This document shows, one piece after another, positions 49,776 to 58,151 of a stretch of 64,000 bases of DNA. The translations under genes were made by a program, and so were the position numbers. Each line of letters begins with the position of its first letter. Position 1 is the stretch's first letter. The DNA is from Salinivirgaceae bacterium. GTDB taxonomy: Bacteria; Bacteroidota; Bacteroidia; Bacteroidales; SZUA-534. Under the pieces are notes generated by a model that made no database searches, was not told where the DNA came from, and was given only the letters and a program-made list of their open reading frames with translations. The DNA lies in the NCBI GenBank assembly GCA_017557605.1, contig JAFYYJ010000117.1, positions 9,366-73,365 of the forward strand. Reading direction: 5' to 3'.

Positions 49776-49964
49776 ATGACGTCAATTCGTGTTTTACTCG
49801 AGTTATCGATAATTCATGCCTCCTATTCACCTCTTTAAACTTTACTCATTACACTTAACACCTTACTCACTTTTTTTAATAATTTCGCACTCGAATTTCA
49901 CGCAAGTGTCATTGCTGCGTAAAATTCTGATTGTTAGATTATTAATTATTTAAACGATTATAAA

Positions 49965-51497
49965 ATGTCAAAAGGAAAAACACTGTTGATGATTCTCGAC
50001 GGATGGGGAATCGGCAACAAGACAAAAAGCGATGCAATCTACACCGCAGGTGCGCCTAACATGGAGAAACTGGCCGCCACTTATCCCAATGCCCAACTGC
50101 TTACTTGCGGCGAGGACGTTGGTCTGCCTAACGGACAGATGGGTAACTCTGAGGTAGGACACCTTAACATTGGTGCCGGACGTGTTGTTTATCAGGACCT
50201 TGTGAAAATCAATCGTGCCTGCGCCGACAACAGCATCCTGAAAAATCCCGAGATTGTTTCGGCTTACGAGTACGCTAAAAAGAACGGCAAGAGCATCCAC
50301 CTTATGGGCCTGACATCGAACGGCGGCGTGCACTCATCGCTCGACCACTTGTTCAAGCTCATCGACATTGCCAAGGTTTACGGCATCCAAAACACTTTCG
50401 TTCACTGCTTTATGGATGGCCGTGATACCGACCCGAAGAGCGGCAAGGGCTTTATTGCTGACCTTCAGAAGCATTGCGACGCCAACATCGGCCACATTGC
50501 AAGCATCATTGGTCGCTTCTATGCAATGGACCGCGACAAACGCTGGAATCGTATCAAAATAGCTTACGACCAATTGGTTAATGGCATCGGACGCAAGGTT
50601 ACCGATATGGTTGAAGGCGTGCAGAGCTGCTACGACACCGACTCTGAGGAGCACAAGAATACTGATGAGTTTATGGAGCCGCTCATCAACGCAAATGTTG
50701 ACGGCCGCATCAAAGACGGCGATGTTGTAATCTTCTTCAACTACCGCAACGACCGCGCTAAAGAGCTCACTATCGTCCTGACACAAAAGGATATGCCGGA
50801 AGAGGGAATGAACACCATCCCAAATCTGCAGTACTACTGTATGACACCGTACGACGCCACTTTCACCGGAGTGCATATTCTGTTCCCGAAAGAGAACGTC
50901 AACAACACTTTGGGCGAATATTTGAGCAGCAAAGGTTTGAAACAGTTGCACACTGCCGAGACCGAGAAGTACGCTCACGTTACGTTCTTCTTCAACGGCG
51001 GCCGCGAGGCTCCATACGACGGCGAGGAGCGCACACTGGTGGCATCGCCGAAGGTTGCAACCTACGACCTGCAACCCGAAATGAGCGCTTACGAGGTTAA
51101 AGACAAATTGATTGCAAGCATCAATACCAATAAGTTCGACTTTATTGTGGTGAACTTCGCCAATGGCGATATGGTTGGCCACACTGGTGTTTACGAAGCC
51201 ATCTGCAAAGCCGTTAAGGCTGTCGATTCTTGTGTTGGTGAGGTTGTTGAGGCCGCCAAAAAGAACGGCTACGACACCGTTATCATTGCCGACCACGGCA
51301 ACGCCGACAACGCCATCAACCCTGACGGCACGCCAAACACAGCACACTCACTCAACCCTGTTCCAATCATCGTTGTATCGGACGAGGTGAAGAAGGTTAA
51401 GAACGGCCGTCTGGCCGACGTGGCACCAACCGTCTTGACTCTTATGGGTCTTGATATCCCGGCCGAGATGGATGGCAACGTGCTGGTTGAATATTGA
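49965..51497 (+). CDS. gpmI: 2,3-bisphosphoglycerate-independent phosphoglycerate mutase
   Basis: 510 aa with [49 protein letters not shown] and ADHGNAD, the full iPGM signature set. Confidence 0.97.
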   Translation: MSKGKTLLMILDGWGIGNKTKSDAIYTAGAPNMEKLAATYPNAQLLTCGEDVGLPNGQMGNSEVGHLNIGAGRVVYQDLVKINRACADNSILKNPEIVSAYEYAKKNGKSIHLMGLTSNGGVHSSLDHLFKLIDIAKVYGIQNTFVHCFMDGRDTDPKSGKGFIADLQKHCDANIGHIASIIGRFYAMDRDKRWNRIKIAYDQLVNGIGRKVTDMVEGVQSCYDTDSEEHKNTDEFMEPLINANVDGRIKDGDVVIFFNYRNDRAKELTIVLTQKDMPEEGMNTIPNLQYYCMTPYDATFTGVHILFPKENVNNTLGEYLSSKGLKQLHTAETEKYAHVTFFFNGGREAPYDGEERTLVASPKVATYDLQPEMSAYEVKDKLIASINTNKFDFIVVNFANGDMVGHTGVYEAICKAVKAVDSCVGEVVEAAKKNGYDTVIIADHGNADNAINPDGTPNTAHSLNPVPIIVVSDEVKKVKNGRLADVAPTVLTLMGLDIPAEMDGNVLVEY

Positions 51498-51519
51498 TAT
51501 ATAGTTTATAACACTGATA

Positions 51520-51553
51520 AATGCCGTTTCGGATTTCCGGAGCGGCATTTTTT
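51520..51553 (+). terminator. intrinsic terminator of gpmI
   Basis: Hairpin with outer stem atgccg / cggcat and inner stem ttcgga / tccgga, followed by TTTTT. Confidence 0.75.
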
Positions 51554-51646
51554 ATGTTGCTTTAAAAAGTGTTGCACCAATGTCTGAATACAACCTTTGA
51601 AACGATAAATATTCGATGTAGTTTTGCCTCGCGAAACAGCAAAACA

Positions 51647-52768
51647 ATGTACACCGACTTTCAGAATCAACTCCTGAGCAAACTGGCCGCCATCAACGAT
51701 GCGGGGCTCTTCAATGAGTGCGGTACAACTATGTCGGGTGAGGCCGTAATCAATTCCGACAACGGTCCTCTGCTGAATTTTCGCAACCCCTACCCTTTTC
51801 ATCTAAACATCTGCCCATCAGAACAATCGGTTAAGAACGCCTCTGTCAGCTCTCTTGAGAAGAAAATAGCAAACCTCCTTGATGCCGAAAGCTGCATTCT
51901 CTACAACTCGCCAGCCGATGCCTGTTGTGCACTTGCAAACCATCTGCTCGACCGCACCGATGCGCTAATTTACAACTCATTAGGTCAGTTCTCGATGAAC
52001 GGCGGGGCAACTTTCTGCCGCCCTACCAAATACAAGTACCACGGTTTCGACAGTCTTGACATTGAAAAACAACTGAAGCTGGCTCAAGCGCAACAAAACC
52101 GGCTTCTGATAATTGACGCCGTTGATATTGCAACGGGCAATATCGCACCGCTGAACTCCATTTTTGAACTTGCCGCCAAATACAACGCCATTGTGGCTAT
52201 CGACCAGACGCTTTCGGCTGGAATAATAGGCAACGGCGGTCGTGGCATCTGCACCCTTTTCGACACCGACAGCACTGCTGAAATTCAGATTGGCTCGCTG
52301 CAAAACCTTGGAACCAACAGCGGAGCCTACATTGCCGGACGACGCGAGATTATTGACCTTCTGCGCCAACGGACCTCAAGCATCCCGGCATCGGCACCTA
52401 TCACAACGCGCGACATTGCCGCCGCTGATGCCTCAATCGACGCCATTGCCGGAATGAACATCGAACGTCAATACATATTGCAAATTACCAACTATTTCAT
52501 AAAGAAGCTTTACTGCCTTGGGCTTGAAATTCCGCCAACTTTATCATCGCGTTTTGCGGTGATGACAGGCGACAGTAGCACAACCGAAGCCATTGCCGAA
52601 ACACTGGCGAAAAAAGGTGTGCTTGTAACGGCACTCATCGCTCCACACGTCAGCAAAGACCAATGCCGGCTTATTATAAGCCTTTCGGCTAGCCACACAA
52701 AAGAAGATGTGGAAAAAGCGACAAGTGTTTTCGAGTCAATTACCGCGATGTTCCCCGCGAGAGAATAG
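51647..52768 (+). CDS. alpha-oxoamine synthase (KBL/AONS/SPT) family homolog lacking the PLP-lysine (probable pseudoenzyme)
   Basis: 373 aa from the ATG at 51647; the track ORF opens at 51569. It is collinear with E. coli Kbl from FQNQLLSKLAAINDAGLF to the C-terminus. However, Kbl GTLGKALG corresponds to GSLQNLG here, and Kbl DDSHA corresponds to DQTLS. Confidence 0.75.
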   Translation: MYTDFQNQLLSKLAAINDAGLFNECGTTMSGEAVINSDNGPLLNFRNPYPFHLNICPSEQSVKNASVSSLEKKIANLLDAESCILYNSPADACCALANHLLDRTDALIYNSLGQFSMNGGATFCRPTKYKYHGFDSLDIEKQLKLAQAQQNRLLIIDAVDIATGNIAPLNSIFELAAKYNAIVAIDQTLSAGIIGNGGRGICTLFDTDSTAEIQIGSLQNLGTNSGAYIAGRREIIDLLRQRTSSIPASAPITTRDIAAADASIDAIAGMNIERQYILQITNYFIKKLYCLGLEIPPTLSSRFAVMTGDSSTTEAIAETLAKKGVLVTALIAPHVSKDQCRLIISLSASHTKEDVEKATSVFESITAMFPARE

Positions 52769-52851
52769 CCTTCTTGTAACATTCTGTATCCCAAAATATT
52801 ACACAGTTCGATTTCGTCGTCCACTTTTTTAGTCAGCCACCAAACAAAACT

Positions 52852-52881
52852 CTTGCACTTACAAAAACTTGCATTACTTTT
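52852..52881 (+). promoter_or_regulatory. probable tRNA-Gln promoter: CTTG (-33-like) and TACTTTTG (-7 box)
   Basis: TACTTTTG at 52874-52881 matches TAnnTTTG and lies 18 nt upstream of the tRNA 5' end. A TTG-containing element sits about 19 nt further upstream. Confidence 0.5.
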
Positions 52882-52898
52882 GCACCCGCGTAAAAGCA

Positions 52899-52969
52899 CT
52901 GGCGTATGGTGTAATGGTAGCACATCAGATTTTGGTTCTGCCAGTCAAGGTTCGAGTCCTTGTACGCCA
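52899..52969 (+). tRNA. tRNA-Gln (anticodon TTG)
   Basis: Manual cloverleaf of 71 nt with no encoded CCA. Acceptor stem is TGGCGTA/TACGCCA with U1-A72. D-stem is GTGT/GCAC. The anticodon stem TCAGA/TCTGC has one mismatch. The loop is TTTTGGT with the anticodon TTG at 52931-52933. T-arm is CAAGG-TTCGAGT-CCTTG and the discriminator is A. Confidence 0.9.
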
Positions 52970-52972
52970 ACA

Positions 52973-53000
52973 ACCTTCAGATTTTTTCTGAAGGTTTTTT
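52973..53000 (+). terminator. intrinsic terminator after tRNA-Gln
   Basis: Perfect 8-bp stem, ccttcaga (52973-52980) with tctgaagg (52986-52993), with loop ttttt, followed by T7. Confidence 0.85.
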
Positions 53001-53015
53001 TATTTTTACACCGAT

Positions 53016-53588
53016 ATGAGACATTTTCCGACAATATTACTCACGCTTACAGCAATTGCTTGCTCGTCAGGCAATTATTACCAGTCGCAAATTGCAGATT
53101 ACGAGTTGCAGGCGCACCATATAATAATTGACAGAATTGACTCTATCGCAAGCGAAACGCCTTTCACCGCCGCCGACAGCATCGCATTGTGCCAATCGGA
53201 GCTGGAGCGCGCCAAAGCTGGCCTGATTGCCATCCAGCAAAGCAACATCGACACGCTGATTGTGAAGATTGCAAAAAGCAAGGACGACATGCAAAAGACT
53301 CAAAGTGAGGCAATGCGTAACATGATTCAGAAAGGCATCAAATCAATGGAAAACAAATGCGAGCTGTCACGGAAAATAATCGACTTGTACGAAAATCATC
53401 CTGAGCAAACAAGTTTGAATAAGATTGTCAGCAAGATAGACGCTTACAAACAATTCCCCGACTCAGTGCTTGCGCGCACAATAAAATGCACCTTCAGCGG
53501 CCGTCAGGGACAACTCCCTACTGAAAAATTCGCACGCCACTACATAATAACCGACGGCAAAATCAGCGGCGAGATTACGGAACCTTAA
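53016..53588 (+). CDS. lipoprotein, function unknown (helical/coiled-coil rich)
   Basis: 190 aa with lipoprotein signal LLTLTAIACSSG. No family recognised. Confidence 0.6.
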   Translation: MRHFPTILLTLTAIACSSGNYYQSQIADYELQAHHIIIDRIDSIASETPFTAADSIALCQSELERAKAGLIAIQQSNIDTLIVKIAKSKDDMQKTQSEAMRNMIQKGIKSMENKCELSRKIIDLYENHPEQTSLNKIVSKIDAYKQFPDSVLARTIKCTFSGRQGQLPTEKFARHYIITDGKISGEITEP

Positions 53589-54759
53589 CGTAGCGGCCTG
53601 CAAAAAGCATCAGTTCGTTTTCCGAATCCCAAATAAAATATATGAACGGGTGGTCGGCAAAGAACCGCTTTAATTGTGGCATATGTGCTGATTTCAAGCC
53701 CATTATAACAGCCGTGGCGGCTGCAGCCTCAGTCCCTTTCTCCTCCACTTCGATAACCGCCTTATGAAGCACCTGCGTAATCTTCAAATCGTTTTTCTTG
53801 GTCATTGCCGTAAAATCCGCATTATTGCCAAATGCCTCAACCACACCCATTTGCTGCAAAAGCGAGGTAAAATCGACATCAGTTTCCATTTTGAATTTCG
53901 GAATTGTAACCGAAACCTGCTCCTCTACCATTTTCGACATGGCATCTTTCAGAAAATCAACATTTAGCGATGACTCAATGCTGTCAAAACATTGTGCCGC
54001 AGGCATCATGAAAACCATTTGGAACCTGTCGGTTGAATACGGCAGGCTGATAATCTGATAATCAGCACATTCGGCATATTTATAATGCTCGGTCTGCTTC
54101 ATATAAGTTGTCTCAACGGCTTTGCCGTCAATCTGTTTGAACTTAAGATTGACGTTGTTGCTGCTGCGGAACTGACTCTGCCAGTTGCACTTAAAATAAA
54201 TGGCATTGGTAAGCACCAGGCGGGTTGTGCAGCTGAGCGACTCGTCGCTGACAAGCTGTTTTATCATCCCGTTGGTCGATTGCGACACCCATTTATTTAT
54301 GGCGACAACGGCCTTTTTGCGGTTTTTGTTTTTCACAAAATCGACATTCCGCACATCAGCCCCGAATTTGTTTCTGACAATGTCAACATAATCCGACCTC
54401 AAGTCGTATTTCTGCTGAAGCCAGGCGGCGTTGACAAGTTTCAGCTTGTAGTCGCCCTCATCGGCAAAGCTTGACATCAGCCGCGCAATATTCTCATTGG
54501 CAGCTGATTGCGACTCATACCGACTCACCACCGCCGCCATCTCCTCAAGCGTTTTTCCTTGTGCGCCCGCCTCGGCCATTCGCATGGCCATATTGACGCT
54601 CAACGGCGAGAAGATGAAATTAGCGCCGCTTTTTACTGCCGCCACCTGCCGGTAAGCTGAGAGCGAAAAATCATTCATGCTCTGCGACAACAAGCTGTCA
54701 GTCTGCGCGTTAGCGACGCAACTTGCACAAACAGCTATAATGGAAATCAATCTTTTCAT
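53575..54759 (-). CDS. serpin family protease inhibitor (secreted)
   Basis: 394 aa with signal peptide IIAVCASCVANAQ. It has a serpin hinge and reactive-centre loop (EEKGTEAAAATAVIMGLKS) and the C-terminal serpin signature FFADHPFIYFIWD. Its start overlaps the stop of the upstream aminopeptidase gene (ATGA). Confidence 0.9.
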   Translation of the reverse strand: MKRLISIIAVCASCVANAQTDSLLSQSMNDFSLSAYRQVAAVKSGANFIFSPLSVNMAMRMAEAGAQGKTLEEMAAVVSRYESQSAANENIARLMSSFADEGDYKLKLVNAAWLQQKYDLRSDYVDIVRNKFGADVRNVDFVKNKNRKKAVVAINKWVSQSTNGMIKQLVSDESLSCTTRLVLTNAIYFKCNWQSQFRSSNNVNLKFKQIDGKAVETTYMKQTEHYKYAECADYQIISLPYSTDRFQMVFMMPAAQCFDSIESSLNVDFLKDAMSKMVEEQVSVTIPKFKMETDVDFTSLLQQMGVVEAFGNNADFTAMTKKNDLKITQVLHKAVIEVEEKGTEAAAATAVIMGLKSAHMPQLKRFFADHPFIYFIWDSENELMLFAGRYVKVP

Positions 54760-56171
54760 AACGAGAATGTTTTTTGCATTTCGGCCTCAACATCGGCAAT
54801 CTCGGCAGGAATGCGCCGTTCACCCAATCGGCGCGCGCCGTTGGCGGTTATCAGCAGGTCGTCTTCGATACGAATACCGCCGAAATCAAGATATTTTGCC
54901 ACCTCGGCATAGTTGATAAACTGCTCGTGAAGGTGCTCGCCGCGCCATTTTTCGAACAATTCGGGAATGAAATAAATTCCAGGCTCGTCGGTCACCACAA
55001 AGCCAGGCTGCAACTTGCGGCCCATCCGCAGCGACTTTGTGCCAAACTGCTCAATCGGCTGCGTTTCAGCATTATAGCCAACGTAAATCTGTCCCAAATT
55101 CTCCATATCGTGAACATCAAGCCCCATCATATGACCTATTCCGTGCGGCATAAACAACGCGTGGGCACCAGCGGCCACAGCCTCGTCAACATCGCCGCGC
55201 ATCAGCCCCAAAGCCTTCAGCCCTGCGGCCAACACCTTGCAGCACTCCAAATGCACGGTCTGATAAGTGACACCAGGCCTTGAAAGTTCAAGGGCACGGT
55301 GGTTGGCATCGAGTACAATCTGATATATATCGCGCTGACGTTGAGTAAATTGTCCGCTGACGGGGAACGTTCGCGTGAAGTCCGATGCATAGCCCATAGG
55401 CGTTTCGGCGCCAGCATCGACAAGCATCAGGCGTCCAGGCGTTATAGGTTTGTCGTGCAAATGGTTATGCAGTGTTTGACCGTTCTGCGTCAGAATGGTA
55501 GTGAACGACGTTGTGCCGCCGTATTTGAGCGGAATGCTATCGACAATGCTGTGAATAGCGCGCTCATTGGCGGCCGTCCGCACAAGGCGCATTGCGGCAG
55601 TGTGCATCTCGTAGCCAATAGCGCACGCACGCTCAATTTCGGCAATCTCCTCATCCGATTTCACCGCCCGCAGGTCAATTACGGCTTTTATCAGCTCGAG
55701 CGAGCATTGGCTGCGCATTTCGGCCATCGACACTTCCAAATCCGACGACAGTGCAAGTGCTACGCTAGCCGTGTATGGCGGCAGATAATGGACTTTTCGG
55801 CCTTTGCGTTTCGCTTCCGCAATGGCAGGCCGAAGGGCGCTCATCGGTGCCGTATTATCAACACCGCAGAATGCACCAAAACTACTCATAGTATATTGCG
55901 GGCCAGTCCACACAATATCGTCTATGTCAGCATCATTACCATAAAGACAAGTATTGCCCGAATCAAAATCGATAACCGCAACCATATTCGGATGTCTGAT
56001 ACCGAAGAAATAAAGGAATGTGCTGTCCTGACGGAACGGATAAGTGTTATCAGCATAGTTAATTGAAGCCTCGGAATTGCCGTAGAACACCGCAATTCCT
56101 TTGTTGCCCATTGCCGCTCTCAACTTCGCGCGACGAGCAATATAAGTACCTTTTGCAAATATTTCCTTCAT
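54756..56171 (-). CDS. Xaa-Pro aminopeptidase (M24B, aminopeptidase P family)
   Basis: 471 aa with an AMP_N-like N-domain and M24 metal-ligand regions (LVDAGAE, HGIGHMMGLDVHD, VVTDEPGIY, GIRIEDD). Confidence 0.9.
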   Translation of the reverse strand: MKEIFAKGTYIARRAKLRAAMGNKGIAVFYGNSEASINYADNTYPFRQDSTFLYFFGIRHPNMVAVIDFDSGNTCLYGNDADIDDIVWTGPQYTMSSFGAFCGVDNTAPMSALRPAIAEAKRKGRKVHYLPPYTASVALALSSDLEVSMAEMRSQCSLELIKAVIDLRAVKSDEEIAEIERACAIGYEMHTAAMRLVRTAANERAIHSIVDSIPLKYGGTTSFTTILTQNGQTLHNHLHDKPITPGRLMLVDAGAETPMGYASDFTRTFPVSGQFTQRQRDIYQIVLDANHRALELSRPGVTYQTVHLECCKVLAAGLKALGLMRGDVDEAVAAGAHALFMPHGIGHMMGLDVHDMENLGQIYVGYNAETQPIEQFGTKSLRMGRKLQPGFVVTDEPGIYFIPELFEKWRGEHLHEQFINYAEVAKYLDFGGIRIEDDLLITANGARRLGERRIPAEIADVEAEMQKTFSL

Positions 56172-56338
56172 AACTTTTCAAGTTTTGTTTGGCACGAATT
56201 TAAGAAAAATATTAACCACGGAAAGCGCGAAAAACACGGAAAGTTGCGGCCTTGTGGCAACCCACACCATATTTTATATATAACCCCCACCGCCTTTCCA
56301 ATAATGTTTACTTTTGCGGCCGATTAAAAAGAAGGAAA

Positions 56339-56593
56339 ATGGAACCAATAGAAATTGTAGGCTACGCGGCCGCAGTGCTCACAACCATATCATTTGTGCC
56401 GCAAGCCGCAAAAATCATCAAGACAAAAGACACCAAAAGCATCTCGCTCGGAATGTATGCGCTGTTCTCAATCGGAGTGCTGGGCTGGCTTATCTACGGC
56501 ATCGTAACGCGTACATTGCCAGTGGTTTTGGCCAATGGCGTCACTCTATGCTTCGCAAGCGTCATCCTGACATACAAAATCAAATACAAATGA
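56339..56593 (+). CDS. SemiSWEET family sugar transporter (single PQ-loop, 3 TM)
   Basis: The internal ATG at 56339 gives 84 aa, MEPIEIVGYAAAVLTTISFVPQAAKIIKTKDTKSISLGMYALFSIGVLGWLIYGI..., with three helices and a PQ motif. The upstream 29 codons of the track ORF look non-coding. Confidence 0.8.
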   Translation: MEPIEIVGYAAAVLTTISFVPQAAKIIKTKDTKSISLGMYALFSIGVLGWLIYGIVTRTLPVVLANGVTLCFASVILTYKIKYK

Positions 56594-57147
56594 GGCTACA
56601 CCTTATAATATTATTGGCAACACTGCTGGCTGTCGGGTGCTCGCAAAACCGCAAACCCAAGGCTGACCCGTCAATTCCACCCGCTTTTGTCAAACAGAAA
56701 CGCACGTTTGAGTCTAACGCGCAACTGTTTTTCGGAACACCGGACCGAAAGCTGAAACTCAGCATGTTGGATGTGATGCACGTACGGGTTGCCGACAACA
56801 CTCGGCTGACCGACATCTGCAGCGCAATCGGCCCCGGACAGGCCATAATTGCTGAATACGACAGCGAGCTGCGCCGCACATTGTCAATGGCCGATGTTGA
56901 ACAACCGCTCGACTTGATGTTCGTCAACTCAGCAAAAATGATTGTAGGTACAATCACCAACCTGCAGGCCTATTCCACTGAGAAGTTCACATCGTTCGAG
57001 TACGCACAATATATAATAGTGTCACCGGCCGGTTTTTGCGCCGAAAACAACATAACCGAGGGCGACTTTATTGATTTTGGGCAACGAAAAACAATCAGCT
57101 TATCAGATTCGGCAATGGCGCGTCCGGGCTATCAGACTGAGAGATAG
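56590..57147 (+). CDS. lipoprotein, DUF192-like
   Basis: The ATG at 56590 overlaps the SemiSWEET stop (ATGA). The 185-aa product has lipoprotein signal LLATLLAVGCSQ. The C-terminal half (PLDLMFVNSAKMIVGTITNL...YIIVSPAGFCAENNITEGDFIDF) resembles DUF192. The longer track ORF from 56314 overlaps SemiSWEET in another frame and is rejected. Confidence 0.6.
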   Translation: MRLHLIILLATLLAVGCSQNRKPKADPSIPPAFVKQKRTFESNAQLFFGTPDRKLKLSMLDVMHVRVADNTRLTDICSAIGPGQAIIAEYDSELRRTLSMADVEQPLDLMFVNSAKMIVGTITNLQAYSTEKFTSFEYAQYIIVSPAGFCAENNITEGDFIDFGQRKTISLSDSAMARPGYQTER

Positions 57148-57242
57148 CGAATAACAGAAATCAGGAATGATGACGCCACAAAATGGAAGGCAAAAACACA
57201 TTAAATAATTTCAGACAGAATGTTTTTATTTGCAAAAATTAC

Positions 57243-57250
57243 TACTTTTG
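57243..57250 (+). promoter_or_regulatory. Bacteroides-type -7 promoter box (TACTTTTG) ahead of the CheR-CheB-PP2C-SiaBC operon
   Basis: Exact TAnnTTTG match 57 nt upstream of the ATG at 57307, in the only sizeable gap (159 nt) before the operon. It is the same octamer as at the tRNA-Gln promoter. Confidence 0.45.
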
Positions 57251-57306
57251 AAATTATAGGTCAACGCAAAAAAGATGTTGCTGTAAAGGATTAGAAAGAA
57301 AATTGT

Positions 57307-58149
57307 ATGGTTACAAACGAAGATGCAGCGAGGTTAATTACAGCCATCAAGACGTCGTCGACGTACGATTTCACCGACTACTCCGACAAGTCATTCTGTC
57401 GGCGAATCGAGAAAATCCTGCTCGACAACAACATGGATTTAAACCAATTAATCCTGAAAATAAGCAAAGACAAGGCTTTCCTGGAGCAAACTGTAAAAGA
57501 CATCACTGTAAATACAACCGAACTTTTCCGCAATCCGGAAATGTGGCAGACACTGCGTTACCACATTCTTCCAAAGCTAAGGAAAAACAAATCGATATTC
57601 ATCTGGCATGCTGGCTGCTCAAGCGGACAGGAGATATACTCGATGCTCATCCTGCTTAATGAAATGGGATTGTTCGACCAGGCCAAAGTGTTCGCCACCG
57701 ATATCAACACCGATATGCTTGAGGCAGCCAAAGCTGGCACCTATAAATATAGGTTCAACCTCGGCTATCTTGACAATTTCGACAAGGTTATCAAAGAGAA
57801 TCCGTACAACTTCGAGGAGAAAATTGATGTGCCGTACGAGAAATATTTCGACATCGACAAGGTGAAAGACACCATACAGATGAAGCCGTTCCTGCGCGAG
57901 AAGGCCGTTTTCCGCAAACACGACCTGGTGAAGGACGGCAACGTCTTCTACTCAAAATTCGACCTGATATTGTGCCGTAACGTGATTATCTATTTCAACA
58001 ACAGGCTGCAGAGTCGTGTCATCGACATGTTCAACAACAGCTTGAGCCACGACGGCTACCTTATCTTAGGCTCGCATGAGAGCATTCTTGGCTCATCGGC
58101 CAACAATTTTGAGCGTTCAAAAAGTTTCTACAAGAAAAAAACGATATAG
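57307..58149 (+). CDS. CheR-type protein-glutamate O-methyltransferase
   Basis: 280 aa with a CheR N-terminal helical region (TELFRNPEMWQTL). SAM-binding motifs appear intact (IWHAGCSSGQEIYSMLILL, VFATDINTDMLEAAKAGTY, ILCRNVIIYF). Confidence 0.85.
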   Translation: MVTNEDAARLITAIKTSSTYDFTDYSDKSFCRRIEKILLDNNMDLNQLILKISKDKAFLEQTVKDITVNTTELFRNPEMWQTLRYHILPKLRKNKSIFIWHAGCSSGQEIYSMLILLNEMGLFDQAKVFATDINTDMLEAAKAGTYKYRFNLGYLDNFDKVIKENPYNFEEKIDVPYEKYFDIDKVKDTIQMKPFLREKAVFRKHDLVKDGNVFYSKFDLILCRNVIIYFNNRLQSRVIDMFNNSLSHDGYLILGSHESILGSSANNFERSKSFYKKKTI

Positions 58150-58151
58150 TT

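Noticed and set aside
50334-51347. A 337-aa minus-strand ORF lies inside gpmI. A similar 337-aa minus-strand ORF lies at 60416-61429 inside the PP2C gene.
   Set aside because: Both are antisense to genes with unambiguous homology and show no motifs, so they are shadow ORFs.
56314-56589. The track shows a long N-terminal extension (92 codons) of the DUF192-like ORF, overlapping the SemiSWEET gene in another frame.
   Set aside because: The extension is Arg/His-rich nonsense overlapping a well-formed 3-TM PQ-loop gene. The internal ATG at 56590 gives a proper lipoprotein signal and an ATGA-coupled start.
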